DNA of 64,000 nt from Psammoneis japonica (lineage: Eukaryota): the NCBI GenBank assembly GCA_008632985.1, contig QPGO01000007.1, forward strand, positions 310,001 to 374,000, written 5' to 3'. The translations under genes and the position numbers were made by a program. Every line of letters begins with the position of its first letter. Position 1 is the first letter of the stretch. Shown one piece after another: positions 37,730 through 50,306 of the stretch. The notes under the pieces are model-generated. The model worked only from the letters and a program-made list of their open reading frames with translations, was not told where the DNA came from and ran no database searches.

Positions 37730-39670
37730 GTGTCAGTTTGAAGGGACGCAAAGAGATTGAAAAGAAAGATGTTTTGACTCCTGAAATGGCCAATGGTGTT
37801 CTTGGAAGAGATCAACACCATCATCAATGCCCCATCTTTGTTTTGTTTTCACTCTTTGGAGTGAATCACATGGCTCACATGATGGTCAGTTGGCATCAAG
37901 TGACACCTGTTGTCACATCAGGTGCACAATTTGCATTGATGCCAAGGCAACCCACAGCTGCTAAAGACTGCCAAGGCAAGTGTGTCAAGTGGCACACAGG
38001 AGACCCAGTGTGACTCCCTTTTGGCAACATCAACCTGCTGGCTCAACAACAAGAGAGAAGCAGGGAATGTGAAGAGACAGAGGGAAATTGATTGGTGGAG
38101 ACCCAACAGGAGAGAGTGGTCTGTGCCTCCACCCTGCCCTCACAGGGTTTTTTCACCTGCGAGCTGCTTCCATGCAAGACACCAGAGTGAGCCATTGCAA
38201 GCTTCCTCTTCTTCTTGTTGCCAATGTTGCTGTGCTTGCTGATGCTCTAGGTTCCCTGAAGGAGCAAGCCTCAGCTCAAGGTCTGGTTTCTCATGGCTTG
38301 TGCCACAACCAACCAGAGAGCTCTGCAGGGAGCACATCAGCCACAATGCCAAATGCACAGACCCAGATGTTGTCCTGGAACAACTTCTCACAAGCAAACA
38401 AGAACCCCCCACACACACACACACACCCACACACACACAACATCTTGCTGCACCCACACTGGTGAGTTGTGGTGCACAGGTGGGCCAGCTGCCTGCGGAC
38501 ATCCTGTCAAAGGATGTCTTCTGTGCTGCCTCAGCACCAGACAGAAGAGGGTCATCACTGCCAGCATCCAGCAGAATGATGGGGTGGTGTGAGAGTCCAG
38601 AGCCAAGCAAGCTTCAGCTGGTGCTCTGAGACTTTGATGCCATGGAAAAGGGTTGCTGCATGCTCAGACCAGAACAACATGTCAAAACTTGCTCTCCTTG
38701 TGAAGCATCAATGGCAGCATTGACAATGATCACAAAGATCCAAAGCTCCATCATGCCAGTGCAAGCCCATTTGCTCCGTCAAAGAATGCACATGAGGGAG
38801 CCCCAAACAATGGAGGTGCCAACTCAGTTGAGGTGACAATTTTCTGATGTGGTGCTCTGGGCAGCAGCACCACAATGTGTTGTGCCCATGTTTGCAAATG
38901 AGGAGCCATCAGCAAAGCTAAAAGCATGCCCACCAGACTTGGCCATCACCACTGCACCCCATTTTTATCCTGAAAGCCTCAAATTGGAGCATTTGCTGCA
39001 CTTCTTTCAATGTTGAAGCTCTGCATTGCAATCTCACAACCTTTTGACTGTTCTTTCATGGGCACTCATTTGTCACTGATGTCAAAGGTGGCATGACTCC
39101 AGCTCCTGTGTGACAAGCCACAGCCCAAAATGATGTGCACCCATGTCATTGGTTTGTGGTCATTTCTTGGTGTCATTGTTGTTGTCATTGCAGTTGTTGT
39201 CAGCCAGCAGGGCCACATGGAATGCAAACACAGCTCAGCTGGGTGCAGATTTTTGTGATTTGTTTTTGGCATGTTTGAAGGAAGAAATGTGCCTCCCTGT
39301 TCTCCCAAATGGCCACGCAGTCAGATTGCAAGAAACTTCCATTTGTAGAGGCAAAAATGTTGATTGGGCCAGCCAACACTGCACCTGCCGGCAGCATGCA
39401 GTGCTGTCAAAGTGTGTGCACACACATGTGTGTTGCTCAGATGACCATCACTCCTGCTGCTGAATTGGCCAAGTTGGTGCAGACCCAAGCAAGAAGAAGA
39501 AGAAGCTCCAACACCAAAGAAGACTCTGAAATGTTTGTGCAGGAAAGAATGCCACAGAAGTTAGACATGTCACAATTTTTATGATGGCCGGAAGCAAACA
39601 AGAGTGAAGAGGCATGAATGTCAATGATTTGATGGGCAGACAGACAGACAGACAGACAGACAGAGGGAGG
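37730..39670 (-). repeat. Rearranged partial copy of the 30500-33400 / 51955-53800 element
   Basis: gagattgaaaagaaaga, aaagactgccaaggcaagtg and ggtctggtttctcatggcttgtgccacaaccaaccagagag are shared with 32970-33340; 39440-39665 matches 53575-53800. Confidence 0.7.
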
Positions 39671-40229
39671 TGCCTCAAGAGCCAAGATGCTGCCAAGGTT
39701 GCCAGCGAGATGTTTGCGACACAGCTGAAAAGCACACAGACACCTTCTTCAGCATTTTGTTGACACACAAGAAGGAGACATGGGTGAGGCACATGACAAA
39801 CTTGGAGGCATCAATGAGGGACATCAAACACACAACAAAAAGAAGAAAGAGTGATTTTTGGATTGGGGCGCCATTGGCAGCTCACAGCCAATCTGTCAAT
39901 TGGCTTGCAAATGCCTGGAAATGCCAGTTGCTTTTGTCTTTCATTTGTTCACCCTCACCTCTGCATGGCATGGCATTTTTCTGTCAAAATGATGGATTTT
40001 TGGGTTTTGTGCTTTTTGAGTGCAAGTTTGCTTCATTTCGAATCGGTGGTTGTGCAGACAACTCAACCCCCTTTGTTTCCATGCCTGACAAGGACAATCA
40101 TGCAATGCAAGCCTGGATTGTTGCTGCATTGTTAAAATCAATGTCCAGTGCTTGCAACCTTCAGTTGCAATGCCTTGGCTGCATGGTCATTTGTGGCACC
40201 AGGAGAGCCTGAGAGCCATTTTAGAGACC

Positions 40230-43200
40230 CCTCTTTTGTTTGCCTGAATTGACCAAGGAACTCGCTGAATGCCAGCAACATGTGCCCTTCATTTTCCTGC
40301 CATCAAGCTTTTTCCCAAGATGGAGTCCTTTCCTGTTGTCACTCTAGACCAAATCACATGAGCCCAGTTGTCTCTGTGGTCAAGAAAGTTGTTGACAACC
40401 AGGCTCTTTCCATCTTGTCATCCTCCCTGGAGTTTGTGCACAGTTGTTGCATTGTTGCACAAAACTGGGAACTGAGTCATCTGCATCCTCTGACTGATTC
40501 TTGGAGTTCTCTTGTCAATGAAACCCACCACAGGGACAGCAAAGTTGACAACACATGTTTTTTTCTCCTTGGAGAAACACAAAAGAGACCCCCCACCCTT
40601 GCTTTTCCACATGCCTCTCAAGACAATGAACTCAGCTTGTAAAGCACAGACTGACCTCACCCAATGACTGTCAATCCTCATCAACTCAAAATCATCCATC
40701 CTTCAGCTCAACTCCCTCAAAAAAGCCAATGGAGTTGCTGACCTCCCTTTTCTCCACACGTCCTCATCAAGGCTTGTTGTCATCAGAGGGCAGCCCTGGC
40801 AAAGATTGAGAAGTGGGTCCACATGTCTTGATTTGTTCCCAGCTTGCTTGACACAAGCAACCAGACAGGCTGCAAACACAATGTTCTTGCACAGCCCATT
40901 TTTAAAAAATCCACATGCTTGTGCCTGCTGGCATTTTCTGCCATTTTCTCACTCAGGGCTCTGCTCCTGCAGACACAATTGTGTGGGTTAGAATTGGCTG
41001 CACAAGAGATTTTGAGTGTGTTTCTCCAACACCTTCTTGAAAATGCTGTCATTGAAAGCATTCCTTGATTTGTTCCAAGCTTGCTTGACATGAGCATCTG
41101 GACAGGCTGCAAATGAATGTTCTTGGACAGCTCATTTTTTGAAAACCCGCATGCTTGCACCTGCTGGTGTTTTCTGCTTTTTTCCACTTGAGAGCGCTTG
41201 CAAGGACCACAATGGTGTGGGTTGGAGGTGGCTGTGCAAGAAATGTTGAGTGTGCTTCCTCTGACACCTTCTTGAAAATGCCATCATTGACAACATTCCT
41301 GTCAAGATTGGCTGCAAGGGCACAGGCTGCATTGCTGAGGATGTTGCTTTCCTTTGGCTTGGTGTCTTGCCAGGCCCAGATGCAATGATGCACCCAAATT
41401 GTGGCCATTTGTCAAAGTCAGCTGCAATGTCACTTGTTGACATGTGCATTGCATTGTTTGGCAAGAAAGTCTTTGTGTGGCAATTTGTCTCCATTTTTGA
41501 ACCACAAGCATTTTGTCTCCACCTTGTCATGGAGAGACAAAATTTTGTCAGGAGACAAAAGGAGATGGGCGGAGACAAATGGAGACAAATGAACAGAGAC
41601 AAATGGAGACAGACAGGAAAATCTTGTCTCCAATGGAGACAAACCACAGGATGCCATTGACATGGACGCAACTCAAGTCAGCCATGGGATTGGTTGTGGT
41701 GGTGGCAATTTTTAACACCAAGTTTAAGAAACACCTGGAGAGCATGTTAAAACCTCATTGTGATCACACAATGCAAGTCCCAAAGCAAGGGATGTTCACT
41801 CAATGCCTTCAATCATCATCTGAACTTTTCACTCAATTTTGTTGTTTCTTCTGCATCTGACACAACAGCAAATGTTTTGAAGGTTGAAAGTGAAATGTGA
41901 CATGCAGGCACTCATGACTTGGATGACATGTTTGACAAAGTTGACACAGAAAGGCACAAGCTTTTTCTTTGACAGTGTTTTCCATGTCAAAAACAACAGC
42001 AAGCATGGCAATTCTTGCTTGTCAAATTGACTCAATGTCCACATTGGACCATCCAAAATTGTCAATCAATGGCTCAAATGCCACCCTCCAATGCCAAATC
42101 AGACAATCCTTGGCAGTCATCAGGCATCAAAAATTCATGCAAATTCCTGAGAAGCCACAAGCAGTTGGACCTCAGATCGCATGAATGAGCTGGCTCCCTC
42201 CAAATTGATTCAAAGCACAGCCAAAATTGTTCACATTGTCTGGAAAGAGGAGTTTTCAAGCAGCCAAGGCTTCAAGATTGGGACCAAACTGCAGAAAATG
42301 CCAACAGTGACAGGTGAATGATGACAGCTGGCTGGAACCCTTCTGTTTGATGCTCATTTTTGTTCAGTTTGTCAATGACACAGATTGAAGGCTTTGCAAC
42401 AGCACAAGAAGCACCTGCTGTGCAGAAAGACACATTGAATGTGAGCAACAGCAAGAGTTCTTGACAAACACAATTGGCAACATTGAAGCCCAAAAGTGGG
42501 GTTGATCCAGAACTTGGTGTGCACAGGCAGCTCTCTCTGCAAGGCTCCAAGCACTGGAAATCGTTGCTGCTGCAATGATGAGAGTGGAGCTGTCAATGAG
42601 CAATTTGGCAAAGAGCACAGACTGGTGCTGTCAATGGCTGATTGTGACTGGGAGTGACATGCCACAACCTCAAGGAGATTCAATGTGCCACTGCAGATTG
42701 AACTGGAGCTCTCTGGCACGTGAAAAAAACACACATGTCAATGTCTGTTTGTCAACAGCCCAGTTCACCCATCCTTGTTGTTAAATGACACATTTGTTGA
42801 AACAGGACAAGACAACCAGGAAAGACAAACAATGCCCCAAGAGTTCCTTGCACCCACCACAACAAACCCAGTTGTCTCTGTGGTCAAAGTTGTTGACAAC
42901 CGGGCTCTCCATTGCCCCCCCTCCTCCCTGGGAGGAGTTTGTGCACAGTTGTTGCATTCTTGTTGCACTGAACTGGGAGCTGAGTCATCTGCATCCTCCA
43001 ACTGATTTTCAGAGCTCTGTTGTCAATGAAACCCATCACAGGGACAGAAAAGTTGGCAGCGCACATCTCTCTCCCCAGAGCTGCACAAAACAGACCTCCC
43101 CAAGCGCGCCTTTCCTCATGCCTCAAGACAATGGACTCAACTTGCAAAACACAGGCTGACCTCACCCTGTGACTGTTGAATGTCATCAACTCCAAATCAT

Positions 43201-43990
43201 CTGAAAAAAACACTTTCCTTCAGCTGAACTCCCTAAAAAGAGCCAGCAGTGCCACTGACCTCCTTTTCTCTTCACGTCCTTGTCAAGGCTTGTCACCAGC
43301 ATCAGAGGGCAGCCATGGCAAAGGTTGAGAAGTCAGTCCACATGCCTTGATTTGTTCCCAGCTTGCTTGGCATGAGCATCTAGACAGGCTGCAAACAAAG
43401 TGTTTTTGGACAGCTCATGTCTTTTGAAAATCCACAGGCTTGTGCCTGCCAGCACTCTGCTTTGTTTTTACCACTTGTGAGGTTGCTTGTGCACACCGCA
43501 CATGGTCCACAATGGTGTGGGTTGGAGGTGGCTGTCAAGAGATTTTGACTGTGTTCCCTCTGACACCTTCTTGAAAATGCCATTGTTGACAGCATTCTGG
43601 TCAAGATTGGGTGGCTGTGGCATGGGCTGCATTGCTGAGGATGTTGCTTTCCTTTGGCCTGGCCTGGTGTCTCACCACCAGGCCCAGAGATGCAATGGCA
43701 TGCTTGTTGATTTCCTTCACATTCTTGGCCCTTGAATTGTTCAAAAGCATGAAAAATCTTGCCCTGCACAGGACCACCCTCAAATTGGTGGTTTCCTCTG
43801 AGTTTGGCAAAACAACCAATTGAGCCATTGACGCCATTGTTCAAAGTCTTTAGAGCAGACAAACAGCAAAGCCCAAGAAATTTGTGGACATCCTTCTCTC
43901 TGAGAATGACAAATGTCACAATGTTCATCATTGGAAATTCAAATTTTTGCTCAACTCCATGTCATGTGCTCTCTCTGCTCTGGAGTTGGA
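40230..43990 (-). mobile_element. Decayed Helitron PIF1-helicase region, with the C-terminal block duplicated (about 40360-41400 and about 42865-43700)
   Basis: QFPVLCNNATTVHKLQG, NWAHVIWSRV, HVDPLLNLCQGCPLM and AACALAANLDRNVVNDGIFKK are PIF1/Helitron helicase motifs with Tyr replaced by Cys/His. Confidence 0.75.
41480..41645. repeat. Cluster of short direct and inverted ggagacaaa / tttgtctcc motifs
   Basis: The motif recurs about 10 times in both orientations; it is probably a small TIR-element remnant. Confidence 0.6.
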
Positions 43991-44131
43991 CCCAGTCAGT
44001 CAGCAGAGAGAGCCACTCCATCTCCACTGGTGGTCATCCGTTCAGACAGCATGATGGCACACATGCCATCTCTGGCTGCCGCACGGTGTTTCTGGCGCCA
44101 ATTCCATGAGATGGCACACAAAACAGAAGTG

Positions 44132-47100
44132 CAGTGCGGGGGGCTGCGCACAAATGTGCTTGAGGTGCACATGACGCAACTCCTTGAGTTTTTCGATTCA
44201 CAAGGCCAGCGACAGCGTTTTGGAAACTGCAGACCATGACGCATGCAGCCGTGAAGCTGTCTGATTGGTCAGATCTGATTTGGGAGAGTGCAAAGGGCTC
44301 AAAGATTGACCAACGTGGGAATCATGCACAACTGGCATGTTGTGACGACAAACAGGAAATGACATTAAATGAATTTTGTCTTCACAAATTCACTTCAAAA
44401 ATTGCATGAAAAAAAAACAAGTGCGCCATTTTTTCCACACCAACACACCACACACAAAATCTTGCACATCGTGCACCACCATCATGATGTCGACAAAGCA
44501 AAAGCATGGTGCTGCTCCTGCTTCTGACAGAGTGAAGGCAAGTCAAGCTGTGCTTGAATGCATGCCCATTCGACGCACTTGCAATCAGGCTTTGACACCC
44601 ACTGGGGCAAAGAAAATGGAAGCATTTCTTTCAAACACTCTAGACCCGCATGGATGGTGTCTCACATCTAACCCGAGTGTTGTGCAGCAAAGAAAGAATG
44701 GGAAGGAAGGATGGCATGTTCAAGTGCTGAGGCAAAGAAGAGAATCAGACAAAAAAGGAAACATGAATGGAGCAAAGCTTTTGAAATGCAAGCAGAAGCT
44801 GAAGATAATGCGCTCAACTGCAGATGTTCTTGAGAGAGCAAGAAGTCACAGCAATGCCTGAAAAATTGGTTGGACTGTGTTTCATTGCTTGGCACAACAT
44901 TCAAAGAGACAAACGAGAGCAAGGACAAGGAATCAGATGTTGCCACTGCTGGATCAAATAAAGAAAATGTTGAGCCGGTGAACAAGAAGTGGCGTGGGCC
45001 TTGCAATTTGAAATCACTGGATGACAGCTGCGTTGGCACCATCATCACAAATGCATGCTGGAGCCACCATTCAACATTTGAATCCAACTCAAGACTGATG
45101 AAATGAGATCAGCACTGGTCCTGGGAGGATGCGTGCACCAAGAGTGCACAAACCATCCAAAGCCATTGGCAAAAATGCACGGAAGAGCAGGCAAGAAAGG
45201 CGCTGGCTGAAATGAAAAAAGCCAACTTGTTTGCAAGAAAGTCATCAACGAATTCTCCAAAAAGATCAGACAAGACAATTGGACCAGTCTTCCACTCGGG
45301 GGTGACAACCCCAAGGTTGCAGCCAGATTCAACCCTTGGGACTGTGACCATGTGCTCATGAAAAGCCGCCACGTTTGCGATGCCTTGATGCACATGTTTC
45401 ATCATGCAGCCAATTCCAATCCTTGCACATGGTTAGAAGCATGCATGCTGCTGCGTCACGAAACTGCAATTGGGTGTGCGCATGCACCGTTGCCAACTGG
45501 TGTGTTGAACTGAATTGCACTCTGCACCTGCGGTTCTGTCCCTCCCAACATGGCCATTCATTGAGCAAAGCAAGGTCCCCATTCTCCAAAGATGAGTCTC
45601 TTCTTTTGCAATTCAAGAGTTGGGCACAAATGGATCTCAAGCACTTGAATGTCAAGAAAGCAGCCAACTGGACAAATGACACTCTGTCAAAGGACTGGAC
45701 GGTGGAGCAACTCAACACAAACAAAATCAAGTGCCCTGTTTCCAAACACATTGCAGCGTGGTGGATGCAAGAGTCTGGGTTCATGCATGACCACCATAAA
45801 AAGTCATGTTGCACCAACCGACAAAGACAAAGATGTCGTGGAAGCCGCGCCGAGCACATTGAAAAGTTTTCAATGAAGAAATTTTTGAGGCATGCTGGGC
45901 TCAGCTCCCCAAGCCCACATGTGAACAAATGGTGTGTCAAACAAAAAACCATGTCAAATCATCCAAAATCAAGGGCAAGCTCAAAAGGTGAAGCAAGAAG
46001 TGTTTGAGTTCCTCAAGAGCAAAGCACACCACTGTTGCAACAAGGACAGTGTTGACATGGTGGAAGTCCATGTCAACACCTTCTGCGACATCGGTCAATT
46101 GCCAGTGTTGGGTCCATTTGGTGGAAAGACAAGCGTTTGCAAAGGTGACGTGAGCCAGAGAATTTGGTTTGGACAGGACGAAGCAATTTGTCAATCTAGT
46201 CAACTTGATGACTGCTGCTTGTCAATCAATGGTGAACAGACAATGGTCAAAGGGGCTGGGTGAGGGAAAGATGGCAAGTGCAATGACATCACATGAATTT
46301 GGTTTTGGTGTTGCCATGACCAAAGCACAACTCACTGCTGTCAATGAGAGGCAAAAGAATGACAGCCACAAGGACGCTGCTGCAGCTGAGTGCCTTTTGG
46401 GAAGTGCCGCCAAGGAAACACATCCACTGAAAGAGTCGCCGTTTGTTGGGATCTTGAACTGTGGAAAGGGGAAGGATGGGTGCTGGTTGTACAATCACAT
46501 GGTCCTCCAAATTGAGGACATCATTGACAGCATGCACACTCTCCACCCGGATCCAGATGAGCCAACATGATGCAAGTGTGATCTGGTCTTTGAACCAGAC
46601 CACTCGTCTGGTCACAATGCCAATCGCCAGGATGGTCTCACTGCCACTTCATTGCTTCTCAACTTCACCTGGGATGGGAAGCAGCGGTTGATGAGAGGCA
46701 CTGTTTTGACAAGTGGGAATGTTGGAGATGCAGCACATGCAAGGGCACTGCCAGTTGGAGAAGTGCGCCACAAGCATTTCCGCAATGGGGACTTCCTCCG
46801 GTCAGCAAACCCAATGCCCAACCATGTGATGCTGTCATTGAAGGAGAGGGCAAGGAAAAGACATGCACAGTGCCGCAGCTCAGGAAAATGCTGAGGACAA
46901 TGACATGTGTTCTGAAGGGAACAAAGCTGATCTCATTGGATGCCTTGTCCTGGCAAAAACACCAACGACGCACAGGAAGCAGAAAGTTGTCAAGGACTGC
47001 ATTGGGAAACCAAAGGGAGCTTTGCAGATGGCATTTGAGCAAGGCTTTTTTGATGAGAGCCCAATGGCAAATGGCCACAAGGTTTCAATGTTGGGAAGGG

Positions 47101-49374
47101 TCCTGGTAAAGGGAGGCAAGGAAAAGGGGATTAAAGAGGTGAGAGATGACAGTGCCTCCTTTTGAAGATGCTCCAGGGGTGCCACGATTTCAAGACCAAG
47201 AAATCAACAGTTGTCCCTGTTGTTGACGACAAGCTTGGTTGTTTCATGTGGCTCACACCCAAGTGCCATCCTGAAATTGCTGGTGTTGGCACTGAACGTG
47301 CATGGGGACACAGCAAATTTTGGTTCCGAAATGGAAACAAACAAAGGCTCAAGGAAAACGTGCTGAAAGCATTGTCCCATGATGTGTTGACGACAGAGCG
47401 AGTTCGCAAATTTGACCGGAAAGCAAGGGATTACAAACTCACCTGTCTCTTTCTTCTTGCAAATTCCAATGGGTCTGCTGAAAGCATTAAGAAAGAACAC
47501 ATCGAGCGCATCACAAAGGTGTTCAACAACACCGGAGCACCACATTTTCCAGATCACTTGTCCGTCAATTTTTTCATTCAGGGGACCTCACTGAAAAATT
47601 GAAACATTTCAATCCGATGCACCACGTGAGTTTCACATGGCAAAACACATCATGACCAACCATCAGACGTCAGACAGAGCACACTGGACACTCCAATGGT
47701 GATGTTGCATGTTGTGTTGACGCACATGATGAATGCCACTGCAAAGATGGTGAATGGAAAAGTGCAGAAAAATGCGAGAACTCACCCCCCTGCAAAGACC
47801 GCACACTGTCGCGGCACAATTGTGAGAAAGCCAAGGGCTCCGCACTCAAGGGATTTGAGACTGATTTGTTTGCAACGTTTTATGACTGGCAATGAAGATC
47901 ATTCAGTGAGAGAGCAGCGCAGACTGAAGCTGTGTCCAGTCCAGCGGACCCTCAGTCGATGGCGGAATCGCGCGCGGATCGAAAATGCCTGCTGTGAGTG
48001 TCGGCATGCCAGCAACATCAGAGCTTGTGTGTTGCAAGGACCGGAGCTTTTCCCATTGCCCTTTGTGCAATGTGCTTCCCTGATGCGACCAGTTTAGAAA
48101 AGATTGGAATGTTGTGTTGAGCCACTGGAATTTGGTGCAACGAAGGCCCCCGCGTTCTGTTGTTAGAATGCTTGGTCCTTGCCACCCATGTTTTTATGAG
48201 GTCAGTTTTAGACAAAAAATGGATGGAGGAAATGAACACAACACAGTGATGTGGTGCACGAGCAAGGGGCAGTGGGCGCGCACAATTTGCAGGCAGTGCG
48301 CACGAATTTTGAACTGATTCTGGTGCTGTGTTCCTTTGTGATGGTGGGATTTTGTTGTCTTCTGGGCATGGCATCAGCACTCTCTGTGGACTGCGTGGAT
48401 CCACTGAAGTTGCTGCTTTTGAGAGCTTGGGCATTCCCTTTGTCGTTTCTTCAAATTGAGCAATGCATTGATCAACATCACCTGCTTTCAACCCAAAGTG
48501 AGTGCAAAGATCCGCCAGAATTGCTGCTTGATTGTCAACTGCCATTTTGAGAAGTTGTTTCTTTCTTGGGATGGTGAACTTTCTCCCATCCATGGCCTTC
48601 TTGACTTCTTCAGGCTCAACATCACCCAAACCAATGTGGCTGATGAAGTTGGAGGGCCCGAGCGTTGCTGCAGCGCTGTTGATCATTGTCATGGCTTTGG
48701 TCTGGATGTGGATTGGGGTGTGGCATCTTTTGCCCCTGGTGCTCCATGCACGGTCCGCTTGCTGAAATCGCTGCTTGGAGCGAATTGAGGTGTTTCAATT
48801 TTTCAGTGAGGTTCAACAATTAAAACAATTGACGGACAAGTGATCTGAAAAATGTTGCTGCACAGTGGCGCTCTCGATGCTGACCATGGGTTTGTTGTGA
48901 TGTGAGTCGGCTCATGATTTGTTCAAGTTGCATTCAAGCGTTTTTGGATGTTTTGTGTGGAACTGGTGCCAGAAATGTCACAGGCAATTGTTCAAGCAGA
49001 AAAATACACCAGCACATTGAATGCTGTCATTTTTGCCTTGACGTTGCACAAAAAACAGATGCGGCACCGCAAAGCATTGGCAAAAATGAGAAAATGAAAT
49101 TGGGGGTCATTCATGCGACCTCAGAATGCACGAAAAGGATGAACACATTGTGTGCATCATTTCAGATCAATTTGTCATTGATCCCAAGTGTAAAAATGAT
49201 CAGAAAATGCCAAAACTAATTTATTCTTGCCAATGAAAAATTGAAAATGCACTTTCTCGTTGTTTTCACACTTGGGGTCGACGACAGATGTCGTCAGAAT
49301 GTGGCTGGGACCAATCACGGGCTCCCCATTTGGTCGTGCAAGCTGTGCACAATCATGTCCAGCCCCCCGCACAG
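44132..49374 (+). mobile_element. Decayed IS630/Tc1/mariner-superfamily DNA transposon; transposase about 44490-47540, resuming about 48870
   Basis: IWFGQDEAI, KGLGEGKMASA..SHEFGFG, LNCGKGKDGCW, LVFEPDHSSGH, GKPKGALQMAFEQG and TPKCHPEIAGVGTERAWGHSK. Putative ends are cagtgcggggggctg (44132) and cagccccccgcacag (49374); the ends are less certain than the transposase call. Confidence 0.75.
47543..48854 (+). mobile_element. Nested TIR element (about 70-bp TIRs) with an IS630/Tc1-type HTH remnant; relative of the MITE at 50307
   Basis: cattttccagatcacttgtccgtcaatt...cctcactgaaaaattgaaaca versus the reverse complement at 48790-48854; APHSRDLR (compare YSxDLR). It splits the host transposase tail HRS|ALDADHGF. 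Confidence 0.8.
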
Positions 49375-49499
49375 CTCACCACTTTTCGCACCAACCCCAG
49401 CAGCATTCTGCGTCACACACCAGAATTTTTAATTGTTTGTGTGGTCCTCAAAACACTGTGTGTCATCACGATTGACAACCACCAATTTTTGCTCACACA

Positions 49500-50100
49500 C
49501 CACCACGATGACACATTCTGTCGAATGAGTTTGGGCCCACCCGAAACAGTTGCTGCAAATTGCCAAACACTTGTCACTTTTTGCGCGCAAAGCACGTTTG
49601 ATCGCTCCGAAGCGGAAATTTTCCATTCGTTGCTGGTTTGCACCAGATCCGCCAGAATTCCACAGAGACCCCTTCAGACGTGTCACCCGCGCCTCTCGTA
49701 AAGCAACACGAGACAATGCGTGCAACAATTTATGATGATGGCGCCACCCTTTGCCGCCCTTTCTGTCACTGCTGTCGTGCAGCACGAGCTTGCTGAAACA
49801 TGGCAGAGTGACGAAAAGGGCAGAATTGACGACAATGGGCACTGCCATTGTTGGCTGCATGCCACTGTGGTTTTTGTCGGAGGTCGGAGGTGGGGTGAGT
49901 CAGAAAACAGCAAGATGTTGTGCTGTAAATTTCTGCGTGGCTCTGGTGCAAAATGGCAACGAATGGAAATTTTCCCTGCAAAAACGAGCGAAGGCGCTTC
50001 ATGCGCGAAGAGTGACAAGTGATTGGCAATTTGTAGCACCAAGCCATTTGGGCACAGCTGTGTCAATGAGGTGCTTGTGGATCATGTGTGTTTCATTGGC
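49500..50100. mobile_element. MITE-like foldback with about 110-bp imperfect inverted arms
   Basis: caaattgccaaacacttgtcact...aaattttccattcgttgc...tttgcaccaga (49556-49647) versus the reverse complement of 49941-50033. Confidence 0.65.
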
Positions 50101-50306
50101 TTGGCAATTCTTCGTGGTTAACAAATGAACGACGGCAAAGGATTCACGTGTTGTTTTGTCGTGCTTTGGCGTCAAGAGCCAGGTTAGTCGAGTTAATCCC
50201 CATAGAAAGCCTACGTAGGCCCACTAACTCTTAGCCACAAGCGCGCGTAATAAGCAAGCTTGTAGTCTACAGACAGTATCGCACTGTACCATATTTTCGC
50301 GCGCTA

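Noticed and set aside
18645..38440. Microsatellites (GAA)n 18645, (TGT)n 32459, (CA)n 38410
   Set aside because: Ordinary simple repeats. (CA)n could derive from (TA)n, but nothing in the window tests that.
10740..50100. Hundreds of short overlapping Cys/His/Trp-rich ORFs in all six frames
   Set aside because: They are explained by loss of TAA/TAG stops and enrichment of TG/CA, and they overlap recognisable decayed transposons. Not called as genes.
10740..50100. Classical fungal RIP or plain CpG methylation decay as the whole explanation
   Set aside because: RIP creates TpA rather than removing it. CpG decay cannot turn Tyr codons into Cys/His or remove TA in blocks that keep CG.
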